From Nitrososphaeria archaeon (GTDB lineage: Archaea > Thermoproteota > Nitrososphaeria > JACIWG01): a DNA stretch of 64,000 bases. The stretch lies in assembly GCA_050011875.1 (NCBI GenBank), contig JBEKIG010000014.1, forward strand, positions 10,699-74,698, written 5' to 3'. A program made the translations under genes and the position numbers. The notes under the pieces were generated by a model. That model searched no databases, was not told the DNA's origin, and saw only the letters and a list, made by a program, of their open reading frames with translations. Each line of letters begins with the position of its first letter. The first letter of the stretch is position 1. This document shows positions 9,259-19,364 of this stretch, piece after piece.

Positions 9259-11243
9259 AAAAAAGAATGTTGGTTACAGTACTCTTAGTACTATTATTAT
9301 TGCCGGTTACTGTTATTAGCACCGTTCCTATAAGCACGAACACCGCGAATGCATCATCTTTTTTTGTGCAAACAGCCTTTTGGGGCACATCAGGACAGGC
9401 ATTACGTAGCAACTCAACAGTACAGGAAGGCCCTGGTGACTTAAATGTTCCCTTAACGGTTAACGTAGAATACTTCGGTATTTCCCCATTTTCATCTCCT
9501 GCTGCAAGTATATCTGCAACTTTGAATCTTCCCAGTGGATTTACAGATACAAACGGTAGTAATAGTGCCGTTGCTTATTCCGAAGATGTCACCCCCAATT
9601 CCGTTTTTCAACTCACCTTTATGTTGAACATCGATAGCAATGCTTCCCTTGGCTGGTACACTTTTCCAATGGATTTGAAATGGAACACAACAAACCCAGT
9701 CATCGTCGGCTCAGAAGAGTTAATCTCATTCCCTATTCAATTAAAAGGTGATGTAACTCTTAGCTTCAACACATCGCAAGTCTACCTTATCCCAGACCAG
9801 GTAAACGTCGTACCAATTCAATTGGACAACACAGGGAGCGGAAATGCGTCGGATATTTCCATTTCTGCAGTTGTACCTGCACAGACCAGTTTGTTGAACC
9901 AATTTGAATTGATTCCTACGCTAAATGCTCATTCTTCTATGTTATTGAACCTTTCAGTATACATTCCTCCCTCTGCAGGGAATACGCCTATGACTTTTTA
10001 TTTGACGGCGAACTACGAAAATGCGTATTTGATTTCACAAACTGTGAGTGCTAGCCTTGGATTTATAGTCAAATCATTCAGCGCTCCAATTTTGAAGCTA
10101 ACTTCTTCCACTAGTAATTTAGCGCCTGGCAGTACGACCCCAGTCACTTTTACACTTGAAAACGATGGGCAAACGGTTGTTGGCAACATTTCACTTGAAC
10201 TAAGCGCTCAATCACCTATTACTCTTCTAAACACAGATGGGGTATTTAATATTGGAACACTTAACCCTAATCAGAACCAGGAAATTTCTGTTTCGGTTTA
10301 CGTTCCAATTGGTGCTACAAATGCGGCCTCTATTTCATTTACTTTCTCTTATCTCAACCCTTCTGGGATTGCTGGAAGTGATAGTGGATACCTTAGCTTC
10401 CTATTGAGTACAACATCGACTATATCTCCTATTGTATTGAATGTTAAGCCAACAGCCCTCGTGGCAGGGAAAGTGGACAACATGACGATAACCCTCTCAA
10501 ATGGGGGAACAACTCAAATAAATAGCGTTTCTATGACATTCGCATTTGCAGGTAGCTCGATTACTTGGCTTCAGCCCGCCCTCTTCCAGATAGCCGAACT
10601 TGCACCTGGACAGAGCGTTAATATTACAGGAGAAGCCTATGCTTCGACATCAGCTACTGCTTCAACACAATTCACGATTTCGACTAATTACTATGATTCA
10701 AATGGAGTATTAAACCAAATAGTAAGGAATTTCGGTATTCTCGCGCAGGGTTTAGTCGACATGGAGGTTGTTTCTTCAACTATTTTACCAACTGCTCCAA
10801 CAGTCGGCTCGATTTTTTCAGCCACTGTCACAATAAATAATGTGGGCACGATCAGCGCGGCTTCAGTCACTGCTACCCCACAGCTTCCTCAAGGCTTAAG
10901 AATATTCGGTTCTACATCCGTCTTTATAGGTACCATGCCAACTGACAGCCCAACAACTTTTACGATTAGCGTCGAGACAACAAACACCACAAAGCCCGGA
11001 AGGTATGTGTTGCCAGTAACATTAACATATTTTGATAACCTCAGAAATTCTTTATCGACGAAAATAACTCTTAACGTTGACATTGTTAATCAGACTTCTA
11101 CAGTAACGTTCACGCGTACTCCAGGTACCACAAGCACAGGTATCGGATTATTCTCTATAACACTTCTTATCGTCATTGCAGTCGTAATTCTAGGAGTTGG
11201 ATACTACTTGGTAAGAAAGAGGAAGAGGAAAGAGGAACCGTAA
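9255..11243 (+). CDS. COG1361-type S-layer-domain / Ig-like repeat surface protein
   Basis: Signal peptide, repeated LxNxG Ig-like modules, C-terminal TM helix plus RKRKRK; lies between ABC ATPase and permease. Confidence 0.8.
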   Translation: MKKRMLVTVLLVLLLLPVTVISTVPISTNTANASSFFVQTAFWGTSGQALRSNSTVQEGPGDLNVPLTVNVEYFGISPFSSPAASISATLNLPSGFTDTNGSNSAVAYSEDVTPNSVFQLTFMLNIDSNASLGWYTFPMDLKWNTTNPVIVGSEELISFPIQLKGDVTLSFNTSQVYLIPDQVNVVPIQLDNTGSGNASDISISAVVPAQTSLLNQFELIPTLNAHSSMLLNLSVYIPPSAGNTPMTFYLTANYENAYLISQTVSASLGFIVKSFSAPILKLTSSTSNLAPGSTTPVTFTLENDGQTVVGNISLELSAQSPITLLNTDGVFNIGTLNPNQNQEISVSVYVPIGATNAASISFTFSYLNPSGIAGSDSGYLSFLLSTTSTISPIVLNVKPTALVAGKVDNMTITLSNGGTTQINSVSMTFAFAGSSITWLQPALFQIAELAPGQSVNITGEAYASTSATASTQFTISTNYYDSNGVLNQIVRNFGILAQGLVDMEVVSSTILPTAPTVGSIFSATVTINNVGTISAASVTATPQLPQGLRIFGSTSVFIGTMPTDSPTTFTISVETTNTTKPGRYVLPVTLTYFDNLRNSLSTKITLNVDIVNQTSTVTFTRTPGTTSTGIGLFSITLLIVIAVVILGVGYYLVRKRKRKEEP

Positions 11244-12584
11244 ATGAGAGCAACAGATGTCCTTTCGCTCGCTTTTAAAGGAATTAGGCAAAGAAAATTA
11301 AGGACTGCTATAACCATCCTTAGTGTCGTAATAGGAGTTGCAGCCATCATAGCATTAGTTTCGCAGACAAGTGGAATACAGGCGAGTATTACGGGTGAAC
11401 TGCAATCCCTTGGCCCAACATCGATAATCATTATAGGAGGCAGAACTCAACTTAGTGCAGCTACTGTCGCTGACATAGAAACCTTACAACATGTTCAAAC
11501 TGTTATTCCAATGATAACTTCCTCGTTTACATTAACCGTATCAGGGACATCGACCACCGTGCCGGTGATAGGCGTAGACTCCCAGAGCATTCAATCCCTT
11601 CTAGGCAGTATAAAGCTCGGAGAAGGAAGCGTGTACACTGATACTACAGCTCCTGTAGCTGTAGTGGGGTATAGTGTAACGTTTCCTACTGGAGGTTCGC
11701 AGACTGCTTACGTTGGCCAACCGCTATTATTAACACAAACTGTTGGGACATCAACCAGAAGCATAACAATGGTAGTAGTGGGTTTGCTTGATCAGTATGG
11801 TTCAAGTTCATTTATTTCTCCTGATACTTCAATATTCATTCCGATAAGCGCCATGGAGAGTATATTGAACAGGAATTATTACAACGAAATATTAGTCAAA
11901 GCTGATAATGTGAATGATGTAAGCAGTGTCCAAACACAGCTATCAGATATCTATGGAAGCAGCGTTACGATTATTTCAGTAGCATCGATCTCAAGCTCTG
12001 TTTCTTCGATAATATCTCTGCTTAGCCTTTTGCTTGGTGCAATAGCTGCAATATCGTTGATTGTTGCAGGGGTGGGAATAATGAATATTCAGTTGGTATC
12101 GGTATATGAACGGATTCACGAAATAGGTATAATGAAGGCCATAGGTTTTAAGGACAGAAATATATTAAGCCTCTTCCTCTCAGAATCTGCTATAATAGGC
12201 ATTTTAGGCGGAATTTTTGGTATTCTTTTAGGCGCAGGAGTGTCATCACTTATACCCATTATTTTAAGTTCATTAGTGGGCTCTTCAGGTATTGGACAAA
12301 GCGCAACAGCTACTACTGCAGCAGCTGCTGGTGGAGGAACTGTGGTTGCTCGTGGAGGAGGTGGAGGATTTGGAGGAGGTGCTTCAGGATTCGGAGGAGG
12401 TGGAGGATTTGGAGGAGGTGCTTCAGGATTCGCATCAGGAAGTTTATCGTATACTCCAGTTATAAGCCCTGAAATCGTTTTCATTTCACTCATAATCGCA
12501 ATCTCCGTCAGCATCATTGCAGGGCTCTATCCAGCATGGCGTGCATCAAGAATGGAGCCAGTAAAGGCTCTAAGATATGAATAA
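11244..12584 (+). CDS. ABC transporter permease, MacB/FtsX family, with Gly-rich insertion
   Basis: RKLRTAITIL, ERIHEIGIMKAIG, YPAWRASRMEPVKALRYE. Confidence 0.93.
   Translation: MRATDVLSLAFKGIRQRKLRTAITILSVVIGVAAIIALVSQTSGIQASITGELQSLGPTSIIIIGGRTQLSAATVADIETLQHVQTVIPMITSSFTLTVSGTSTTVPVIGVDSQSIQSLLGSIKLGEGSVYTDTTAPVAVVGYSVTFPTGGSQTAYVGQPLLLTQTVGTSTRSITMVVVGLLDQYGSSSFISPDTSIFIPISAMESILNRNYYNEILVKADNVNDVSSVQTQLSDIYGSSVTIISVASISSSVSSIISLLSLLLGAIAAISLIVAGVGIMNIQLVSVYERIHEIGIMKAIGFKDRNILSLFLSESAIIGILGGIFGILLGAGVSSLIPIILSSLVGSSGIGQSATATTAAAAGGGTVVARGGGGGFGGGASGFGGGGGFGGGASGFASGSLSYTPVISPEIVFISLIIAISVSIIAGLYPAWRASRMEPVKALRYE
12354..12431 (+). repeat. Perfect 39-bp tandem duplication encoding GGGGGFGGGASGF x2
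   Basis: ggaggaggtggaggatttggaggaggtgcttcaggattc at 12354-12392 and 12393-12431. Confidence 0.95.
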
Positions 12585-12841
12585 TAAATTATTACTATAA
12601 TAATTTATTTCCATTTCTTTTGCTCCAGCATCTTCAGCCCGCTTAATCAAGAAAGACTGTCCGATGGCCAAACCTATAGGTCTAAAGTTCTGGTAATGGC
12701 CTCAGGAACGTATCTAAATACGCAAAAGAAGCATAACCGTTTCATTAGGTGTCAGAGGATTGATATTTATTTTTAAATCCGCTAAAAAGGAAGCAGTTTA
12801 ATACTAATTTCCAAGGTCATTAGAATCTAAATTCTTTAAAT

Positions 12842-13837
12842 TTACTTGTGCCCCGAAATCTGTTTAGGTTTGTATAGTTCCTCTAAATATTTTACTTCGT
12901 CGTTTGAAAGAGTGATGTCTATAGCATCCACTGCTTCTTGGACATGTTCAGGGTTCGATGTCCCAATAATTGGAGCCGTAGCCCCTCTGTTAAACAGCCA
13001 AGCAAGAGCTATCTGCGCAGGTTTTACTCCTTTATTTTGTGCCACCTCAATAACCCTTTTTACTATTTCAGCATTTTCGGGAGGTTCGACATACGGTTTA
13101 TAGTAGTATGAAGAGATCTTGCTGTCAGGTTGCAGTCTTTTCATATCAGTTTTTTCCAACATTATTTTTCCATCCTTAATAAATCGTCCTGCAAGAAGAC
13201 CGACCGCTATCGGATTATATGGAATTATTCCTACGTTCCGGTCTTTACATAGAGGCACCATCTCCCTTTCCTCCTCCCTGTACAGTAGATTCCATTTGTT
13301 CTGCATACTTGTAAATTTCTCATAACCTTCGATTTCACTCGCATACAAAGCCTTAGAAAACTGCCAAGCCCACATACTAGAACCCCCAACATAACGGACT
13401 AAACCACCCCTAACAAGATCGTTCAGGGTTGAAAGTGTTTCATCAATAGATGTTTCATAGTCCCACCTATGCGTCTGGTAGAGGTCAATATAATCCGTTT
13501 GAAGCCGGTTAAGCGAATCTTTCACCTGGTCTAATATATGCTTACGAGAAAGACCTCCTTGATTAGGCTTATCCCCCATCAAATTAAAGACCTTCGTAGC
13601 GACGACAACGTCCTCCCTAACATCTTTAAGCAACTCTCCAACAATCTCCTCGGACCTTCCAAGTGAGTAGACGTTAGCTGTATCAAAAAAATTTATACCA
13701 AGATCTAAGGCCCTGTCGACAACCTTCTTCGCTTCGACTTTTTCCACCATCCAAGGTTCAGAGTTACCAAAATGCCAGCAGCCTAATGTAATCTGGGAGA
13801 CTTTTAGACCCGACCACCCAAGTCTAACATATTTCAT
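12842..13837 (-). CDS. Aldo/keto reductase
   Basis: FFDTANVY, VVATK, LQTDYIDLYQTH, PAQIALAW. Confidence 0.95.
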   Translation of the reverse strand: MKYVRLGWSGLKVSQITLGCWHFGNSEPWMVEKVEAKKVVDRALDLGINFFDTANVYSLGRSEEIVGELLKDVREDVVVATKVFNLMGDKPNQGGLSRKHILDQVKDSLNRLQTDYIDLYQTHRWDYETSIDETLSTLNDLVRGGLVRYVGGSSMWAWQFSKALYASEIEGYEKFTSMQNKWNLLYREEEREMVPLCKDRNVGIIPYNPIAVGLLAGRFIKDGKIMLEKTDMKRLQPDSKISSYYYKPYVEPPENAEIVKRVIEVAQNKGVKPAQIALAWLFNRGATAPIIGTSNPEHVQEAVDAIDITLSNDEVKYLEELYKPKQISGHK

Positions 13838-13880
13838 TACTAATCATCGAACCCAGATATTTATTCTTTATAAGACTTTA

Positions 13881-14357
13881 TTAGCCTATAAATGGCATAC
13901 TTTCTCGATCAAAATCGCTTATGATTGATGGCTCTCTGGGAGCACGCTTTGTTGTGATAGGGATGTTCTCGAATAGGCTTAGAGGATTCCGAGCCAAATT
14001 ATGAGTAGGATGACCTTTCCCAAAAGCGAATTCAACGACATCTATTACGAGATCCCTTACCTTTTGTTCACTAGATATGTTAAAGCTGTGAAGATATTCA
14101 TGGAGAAGTATGACGAAGATATATGAGTTACGTTCTATCTTGCTGCTTAATCCACTGTTAACTGCATCCAGAATCTTACTGTCCATAACTATGCTATTGG
14201 AACCCAACTGGTGCATTCCTAGAACGTTCGGAGGAAGGTCCATTAGAACAAGGGAGAGCCCTGCCCGATGAAGGCCGAGCCTTTCTGCGACAGCCATCTT
14301 AACGATATTGAAGATCTCTCCATATTTCACTGCTTTTTCCAATTTCTCAGAATACAT
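13881..14357 (-). CDS. Conserved archaeal small protein with HExxH motif
   Basis: LLHEYLHS; 158 aa. Confidence 0.75.
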   Translation of the reverse strand: MYSEKLEKAVKYGEIFNIVKMAVAERLGLHRAGLSLVLMDLPPNVLGMHQLGSNSIVMDSKILDAVNSGLSSKIERNSYIFVILLHEYLHSFNISSEQKVRDLVIDVVEFAFGKGHPTHNLARNPLSLFENIPITTKRAPREPSIISDFDRESMPFIG

Positions 14358-14448
14358 ACGACACTATAACGGCGTTATAGCTTCCTTTATAAGTTTTATT
14401 GTTTTTAAGCAGCGATATACAAAGTAAATGAATCCTGTAATGGGTAAG

Positions 14449-15393
14449 TCACTGATCATACAAAGACTTCAGAAGAATTGCTAACCTTCTATCTCTCCAT
14501 TCCATTACCTCGTCCATAGATTTCTCTTTCAATATCTTTGTCTTCTTAATCCCTTCTATGATTTTCTTTTTGGCAGCTGGAGGAATAGATGTCCACTTAG
14601 CAAGCGTTCTCCACCTAGAATCCATAGTTGGTCCTATATGGTGGAGATAATATTCTATTCCACCACTTCCACCTCCGAGATGATAACTGAGGTGGGGTCC
14701 TATAATCGCCCATCGCATTCCAGGTCCAGCGTTAACAACTTTATCTATGTCCTCAAGTTCTGCAACATCCTTATAGACCAGATCTATAGCCTCTCTCCAT
14801 AGTGCTGCTGCTAGACGGTTGCCTATTGTACCGTTGACCTCTTTTTTCTGCACAATAGCTACTTTACCAAGTTTGATCATAAACTCCTTAGCGGTCTTAA
14901 CAGTTTCTTTGGAGGTTTTCTTGCCTCCTACAATCTCCACTAAAGGCATAAGATGTGTGGGATTCCACGGGTGAACTAGAACACATCTCTGCGGATTGTT
15001 CAAAGACTTCTGTATGTTAGTCATTTTTAGAGTCGATGAGCTGCTTGCAATTATCGCATCTTTTGGTGCGTAACGATCTATCATTTTGAACACTTCTTTT
15101 TTGATTTTATATTTTTCGTAGACCGATTCTTGAATATATTGTGCATCACTTACAGCGACATCTAAACTTTTTGCAACCTTTACTCTTCTATAACATGTTT
15201 CCAGCGATTCCTTTCCAAGTTGACCTTCTTTACTTAAGAGGATTAAATTTTGCTTTATTCCATGCAGTGCTTTCCTAGTTGAGGCATCATTGATATCGTA
15301 AATTGTTACATCACAACCTTTCCATGCAAAGAATGTGGCCCAACCATGACCTATCAGCCCAACTCCAACGCAGGCTACTCGTTTGGGAATCAT
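14449..15393 (-). CDS. 3-hydroxyacyl-CoA dehydrogenase family, L-carnitine/L-gulonate 3-dehydrogenase-like
   Basis: GVGLIG.GW, IASSSS, HPWNP, GPGMRWA, HLGGG. Confidence 0.88.
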   Translation of the reverse strand: MIPKRVACVGVGLIGHGWATFFAWKGCDVTIYDINDASTRKALHGIKQNLILLSKEGQLGKESLETCYRRVKVAKSLDVAVSDAQYIQESVYEKYKIKKEVFKMIDRYAPKDAIIASSSSTLKMTNIQKSLNNPQRCVLVHPWNPTHLMPLVEIVGGKKTSKETVKTAKEFMIKLGKVAIVQKKEVNGTIGNRLAAALWREAIDLVYKDVAELEDIDKVVNAGPGMRWAIIGPHLSYHLGGGSGGIEYYLHHIGPTMDSRWRTLAKWTSIPPAAKKKIIEGIKKTKILKEKSMDEVMEWRDRRLAILLKSLYDQ

Positions 15394-15581
15394 GCTTTAT
15401 CAACCGCTACGACTTAAAATGTGGTTTAATAAGCGATTACATAAAAGAAAGATAAAGTGAAATCTTGGGAGACGCTCCTATTAGCTAAAAGTTTTTTTTA
15501 GAAACTCTGTAAGTGTTTACTTTTTAAATGAAAAATGGATATCTTTTTCTTTTACCAATAAGTTAGTCAAAGAGATTCACC

Positions 15582-15995
15582 GTGCAAGATTTAAACTTTG
15601 TAACCCAGTCAACTCGTTTTAAGTGCAAAAGGTGCACAAAATGCTGTCATCTTGATGTGCAACTAAATGATTTAGAGATGGAAACGCTTGGAGAATTTGT
15701 AGACAAAAAGTGGCGAACGACAAGAAAAGTTTTTAGAGAAAATGGACTTGTCTGCTGCCTTTTAGACCGTATTTCATGTACAATCTATGAAAAGCGTCCT
15801 GAACTCTGTCGCACATACCCTTTTTCGTCGGTGCTTGAATCCGATCTTACAAAATTGGGTATTAAAGCTGACGATTTTGCTATAAGAATTTCTGGCCCAG
15901 ATGGCCAAAGATATCTGATTATTTACGATGAAGAATGCCCTGGAATAGGAAAAGGCAACTTATTCGATCGCAAACAGATTTTTCAAACTCAGTAG
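15582..15995 (+). CDS. YkgJ/CxxCxxCC zinc- or iron-chelating domain protein
   Basis: CKRCTKCC, CTIYEKRPELCRTYPF, CPGIG. Confidence 0.85.
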   Translation: MQDLNFVTQSTRFKCKRCTKCCHLDVQLNDLEMETLGEFVDKKWRTTRKVFRENGLVCCLLDRISCTIYEKRPELCRTYPFSSVLESDLTKLGIKADDFAIRISGPDGQRYLIIYDEECPGIGKGNLFDRKQIFQTQ

Positions 15996-16050
15996 AAATT
16001 GAAAAGTAGAAAGAATTACATTTTTTTAGAGAAAAGACAGCGATTTTAAA

Positions 16051-16413
16051 CTAGGATGAAAAAAATGTTTTGCGTGATATCTGCTCCTTGAAAACGTTGA
16101 TATAATCACGTGCAAAGGCATCAGCCAATTTTTCGTTTCCTAGTTGTTCGCCACCCTCATTTCTTATATGATGGTAAAATTCGTGGAGGATAATAAATGG
16201 ATCCCACAGGTTTTCACCGTTTGATACCAATATCAACTTCTTAGCGGTTACATATACTCCGGCAGCCTTCTTTTTCCCCTTTACATGACCTACCGCCAAA
16301 TTTGGAACATCAACTCTATATTTCTTACTCAGAATTTGAACCGCTACCTCTGTTTTTCTTGATAGGATCAATGCGACAACATATGCTTTAAAATCTTTTT
16401 CAGGTTCGCTCAA
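16051..16413 (-). CDS. Small hypothetical protein with HExxH motif
   Basis: ILHEFYHH..E..ADAFA (zincin-like). Confidence 0.7.
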   Translation of the reverse strand: MSEPEKDFKAYVVALILSRKTEVAVQILSKKYRVDVPNLAVGHVKGKKKAAGVYVTAKKLILVSNGENLWDPFIILHEFYHHIRNEGGEQLGNEKLADAFARDYINVFKEQISRKTFFSS

Positions 16414-16738
16414 CTATTTGTAAGTAACATATGCAGGGATAAAAATATTTTAACAAGTTTATCGTTTAGCCTTCGAAGATTATAAATAACTCTAATTTAA
16501 AAAAAAATATATTAGTATACTATGCAGAAGAACTACTTAGTCTTCTTAGCTACTTTCTTAGTTTTCTTTTTTGCTGGCATTTCTTCCTTCAGTCATACTA
16601 CAAAATCGACATATATAAATTTGAAAACAAAATAATTTTTTTCTTGCCAAAGTTCTATTTTTTAGTCTTAAAATTAAATATATAACGTGGCATAAACTTT
16701 TTTCCCTCTTAAAGCAACATTTATAAATTGATGTAAGG

Positions 16739-17641
16739 TTGTTTAAACGACTAATTTTGGTTCTGAAAATTTCCGGTATAATGCCGCCACACATCACGCC
16801 ATTCAAAAAGGATGAAGAACTTGACGAACCTGCTCTCCGAAAATTGGTTCAGTATTGGATAGATGCGGGATCCGATGGGTTGGTGTCATGTGGAAGCAAC
16901 GGTGAAGCGGTGTATATGACTAGAGAAGAGAGAAAGAAAGTACTCGAAATCGTTCTTAACGAAGTGAAGAATCGAATACCTGTTATAGCGGGTACAGGCT
17001 CGGCCAGCACTCGTGAGACGATTGCCCTTACAAAAGATGCAAAGGATGCTGGCGCGGATGCCGCTCTGATTGTAGCACCATATTACTTTATACCAAATGA
17101 AGATGAACTTTTCAACCACTTTAAGGCAGTGCTCGATGCAGTTGACATGCCAATCATATTGTATAACGTCCCAAAGTTTACGAACTATAATATAAGTGTA
17201 AGCGTCATACGGAATCTTGTAAAAGAATATAGTCAGATAATTGGAATAAAAGATTCAAGCGGACTTATCGGACGAATTTCAGAACTCATAGCGTATGTGG
17301 GTGATAGAGTATCTATTTTCGCAGGCACAGGAGATATGATACTTCCTGGACTAGAAATGGGTGCATCGGGTGGAATTGTTGCCATCGCCAATGTCGCACC
17401 AAAGCTCTGCTCAGATATCTATAGGGCGTTCCTCAGGAAAGACCATGAGGAAGCTAAGAAACTTCAGTTAAAAGCAGTTTTGTTAACAGATTTACTGGTC
17501 AAAAAGTACAATCAGATTAGTTCGATAAAAGCAGCTTTAAACATTCTCGGTCAGCCAGCAGGTATCCCACGTAAGCCATCTTTACCACTTAAACCCGAAG
17601 CCTACCAAGATCTTAAGAACAAAATATTTGAATATATTTAA
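16739..17641 (+). CDS. DHDPS/NAL-family class I aldolase (probably not true DapA)
   Basis: GSNGE, LYNVPKFT, GIKDSSG Schiff-base Lys; lacks the DapA GTTGE motif and the Arg of YNVPxRT. Confidence 0.88.
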   Translation: MFKRLILVLKISGIMPPHITPFKKDEELDEPALRKLVQYWIDAGSDGLVSCGSNGEAVYMTREERKKVLEIVLNEVKNRIPVIAGTGSASTRETIALTKDAKDAGADAALIVAPYYFIPNEDELFNHFKAVLDAVDMPIILYNVPKFTNYNISVSVIRNLVKEYSQIIGIKDSSGLIGRISELIAYVGDRVSIFAGTGDMILPGLEMGASGGIVAIANVAPKLCSDIYRAFLRKDHEEAKKLQLKAVLLTDLLVKKYNQISSIKAALNILGQPAGIPRKPSLPLKPEAYQDLKNKIFEYI

Positions 17642-17715
17642 AGGATAAATCAACTTTAAATTAAATCTTCATCACACCAGATGATTTTTTCAATAGATTA
17701 TACATATCTTGAATT

Positions 17716-18327
17716 TTAAGGTTGTCCCATAAACTCTATGAATTCTTCAAGGGATCTTTTCTTAAGCACATAGTTTGTAATTCTCTCATTACCAATCGTT
17801 GAACTCGGAGACCTTCCATAATCATGGCCGGGATATACTTCAATATTATCGTCGAGTTTCAGTAGTTTGTTAAATAGGCTAAAGTACATGTCTTTAGAGC
17901 TTCCCCCTGGCAGATCTGTTCTACCGCATTCTCCCACGAAAAGTGTGTCACCTGTAAGTAATTGGGTGTTACATAATAGACATATGCTGTCAGGCGTGTG
18001 ACCAGGTGTATGAATCACCTTGATAGAGTCTTTACCAACTTTTATGGTATCGTTATCTTCGACCCCGATATCTTTTTCAATAGGTGATATTTTATGTGCG
18101 ACTATCTTTGTAGTATATATTGTTTTAAATCGATTATTGTCAGCTGTATGGTCGCTATGGTAGTGTGTATTAATCACAAATGTGGGCTTTAAATTGTTTT
18201 CCTTAAGCACCTTTTTTATGGTATCAAAGTTAAAGCTTGGATCAACAACCACCGATTCTCTTACTTCCTCGTCTGCGATGACATAAGAAAAGTTGTCGCT
18301 GAAGTATTTTATTTGCCTAAAGAACAT
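17716..18327 (-). CDS. Metallo-beta-lactamase-fold hydrolase (glyoxalase II-like)
   Basis: THYHSDH, HTPGHT, TGDTLF, YPGHDY. Confidence 0.92.
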   Translation of the reverse strand: MFFRQIKYFSDNFSYVIADEEVRESVVVDPSFNFDTIKKVLKENNLKPTFVINTHYHSDHTADNNRFKTIYTTKIVAHKISPIEKDIGVEDNDTIKVGKDSIKVIHTPGHTPDSICLLCNTQLLTGDTLFVGECGRTDLPGGSSKDMYFSLFNKLLKLDDNIEVYPGHDYGRSPSSTIGNERITNYVLKKRSLEEFIEFMGQP

Positions 18328-18460
18328 TTAATCATTTATTATGACGGTAATTAGGCTCTTAAAGGTTTCTCAAAGATGCTCAGCTTTTCTATTTTTTTTA
18401 ACAATTACTATGCAACTTACATGATATCTTTAAATTCTCTATTCTGCTAACGCCGAAATA

Positions 18461-19255
18461 ATGGTTTCTAAGATGAAGAATGATATCTGTGTAACTAAAT
18501 TGTTTGAGCTGGATCAGGTTCGATTTAGAAGGTTAAATAAACTGATCGTGGTCGGGGATGTTCATGGCGATATTGAAGTAATTAATTCCCTTCTCAGAAT
18601 ATTCGAGCCTTCAAAAGACGTAATTATTTTCTTGGGTGATTATGCGGATCGGGGCCCAAACGGAATCGAAGTAATAGATACAATCAATTTTCTTAAAGAC
18701 GATAACCCTCAAAGTGTTATCGCTTTAAAGGGGAATCATGAAGACTACTCATATGATGGTATACCTCTCTTCTATCCATGTGACCTGATTACTGAAGCGG
18801 AAAGAAAAAGGGGAAATTGGCAAAAATATTTTCTAACCACGCTTCAGCCTTTCTTAAAAAAATTGTACCTTGCAACAATATTGCCTAGAGAATACCTTTT
18901 TGTACACGGTGGCATATCGAGCAAAATCTTAAATACTGAATCTTTAAGGAAAGCTACAAAGCAAATTGAAATCGATATACTTTGGTCGGATCCCTTCGAA
19001 GGAAAAGGGGAGCGACCAAATAGTAGAGGCACAGGAATCTTTTTTGGAGAAGATGTTACAGATGACGTCTGCAAGAGACTTGCTGTAAAAAGAATAATAA
19101 GGAGCCATGAGCCCACTAAATCACTTTTTGAACCTGCCTTTGAACATAGCGGGAAGGTTGTAACCGTTAGTTCCACTCATTTTTATGGAGGTAAACCGTT
19201 CGTTCTTGTTATTTACCCATCAAATCCATCTGATCTCTCCTACCAATTTCTTTAG
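18461..19255 (+). CDS. PPP-family serine/threonine protein phosphatase
   Basis: GDVHG, GDYADRG, KGNHE, VHGGI, LWSDP, IRSHE. Confidence 0.92.
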   Translation: MVSKMKNDICVTKLFELDQVRFRRLNKLIVVGDVHGDIEVINSLLRIFEPSKDVIIFLGDYADRGPNGIEVIDTINFLKDDNPQSVIALKGNHEDYSYDGIPLFYPCDLITEAERKRGNWQKYFLTTLQPFLKKLYLATILPREYLFVHGGISSKILNTESLRKATKQIEIDILWSDPFEGKGERPNSRGTGIFFGEDVTDDVCKRLAVKRIIRSHEPTKSLFEPAFEHSGKVVTVSSTHFYGGKPFVLVIYPSNPSDLSYQFL

Positions 19256-19364
19256 TTACAAAATTCAAACTAAAATATCAATTATAGTTGTTCAGTACAA
19301 ATATCCTTATAGTTTAAAATAAAAATTCTTATAACTTATCGCAGCTTAACCGGTTGTATCCAAA

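Noticed and set aside
12116-12517. Proline-rich minus-strand ORF (PPPNPPPPP)
   Set aside because: Mirror of the Gly codons in the permease
12600-12760. Possible transposase C-terminal remnant on the minus strand (HYQNFRP...AEDAG)
   Set aside because: Needs a frameshift; similarity too weak to support by eye
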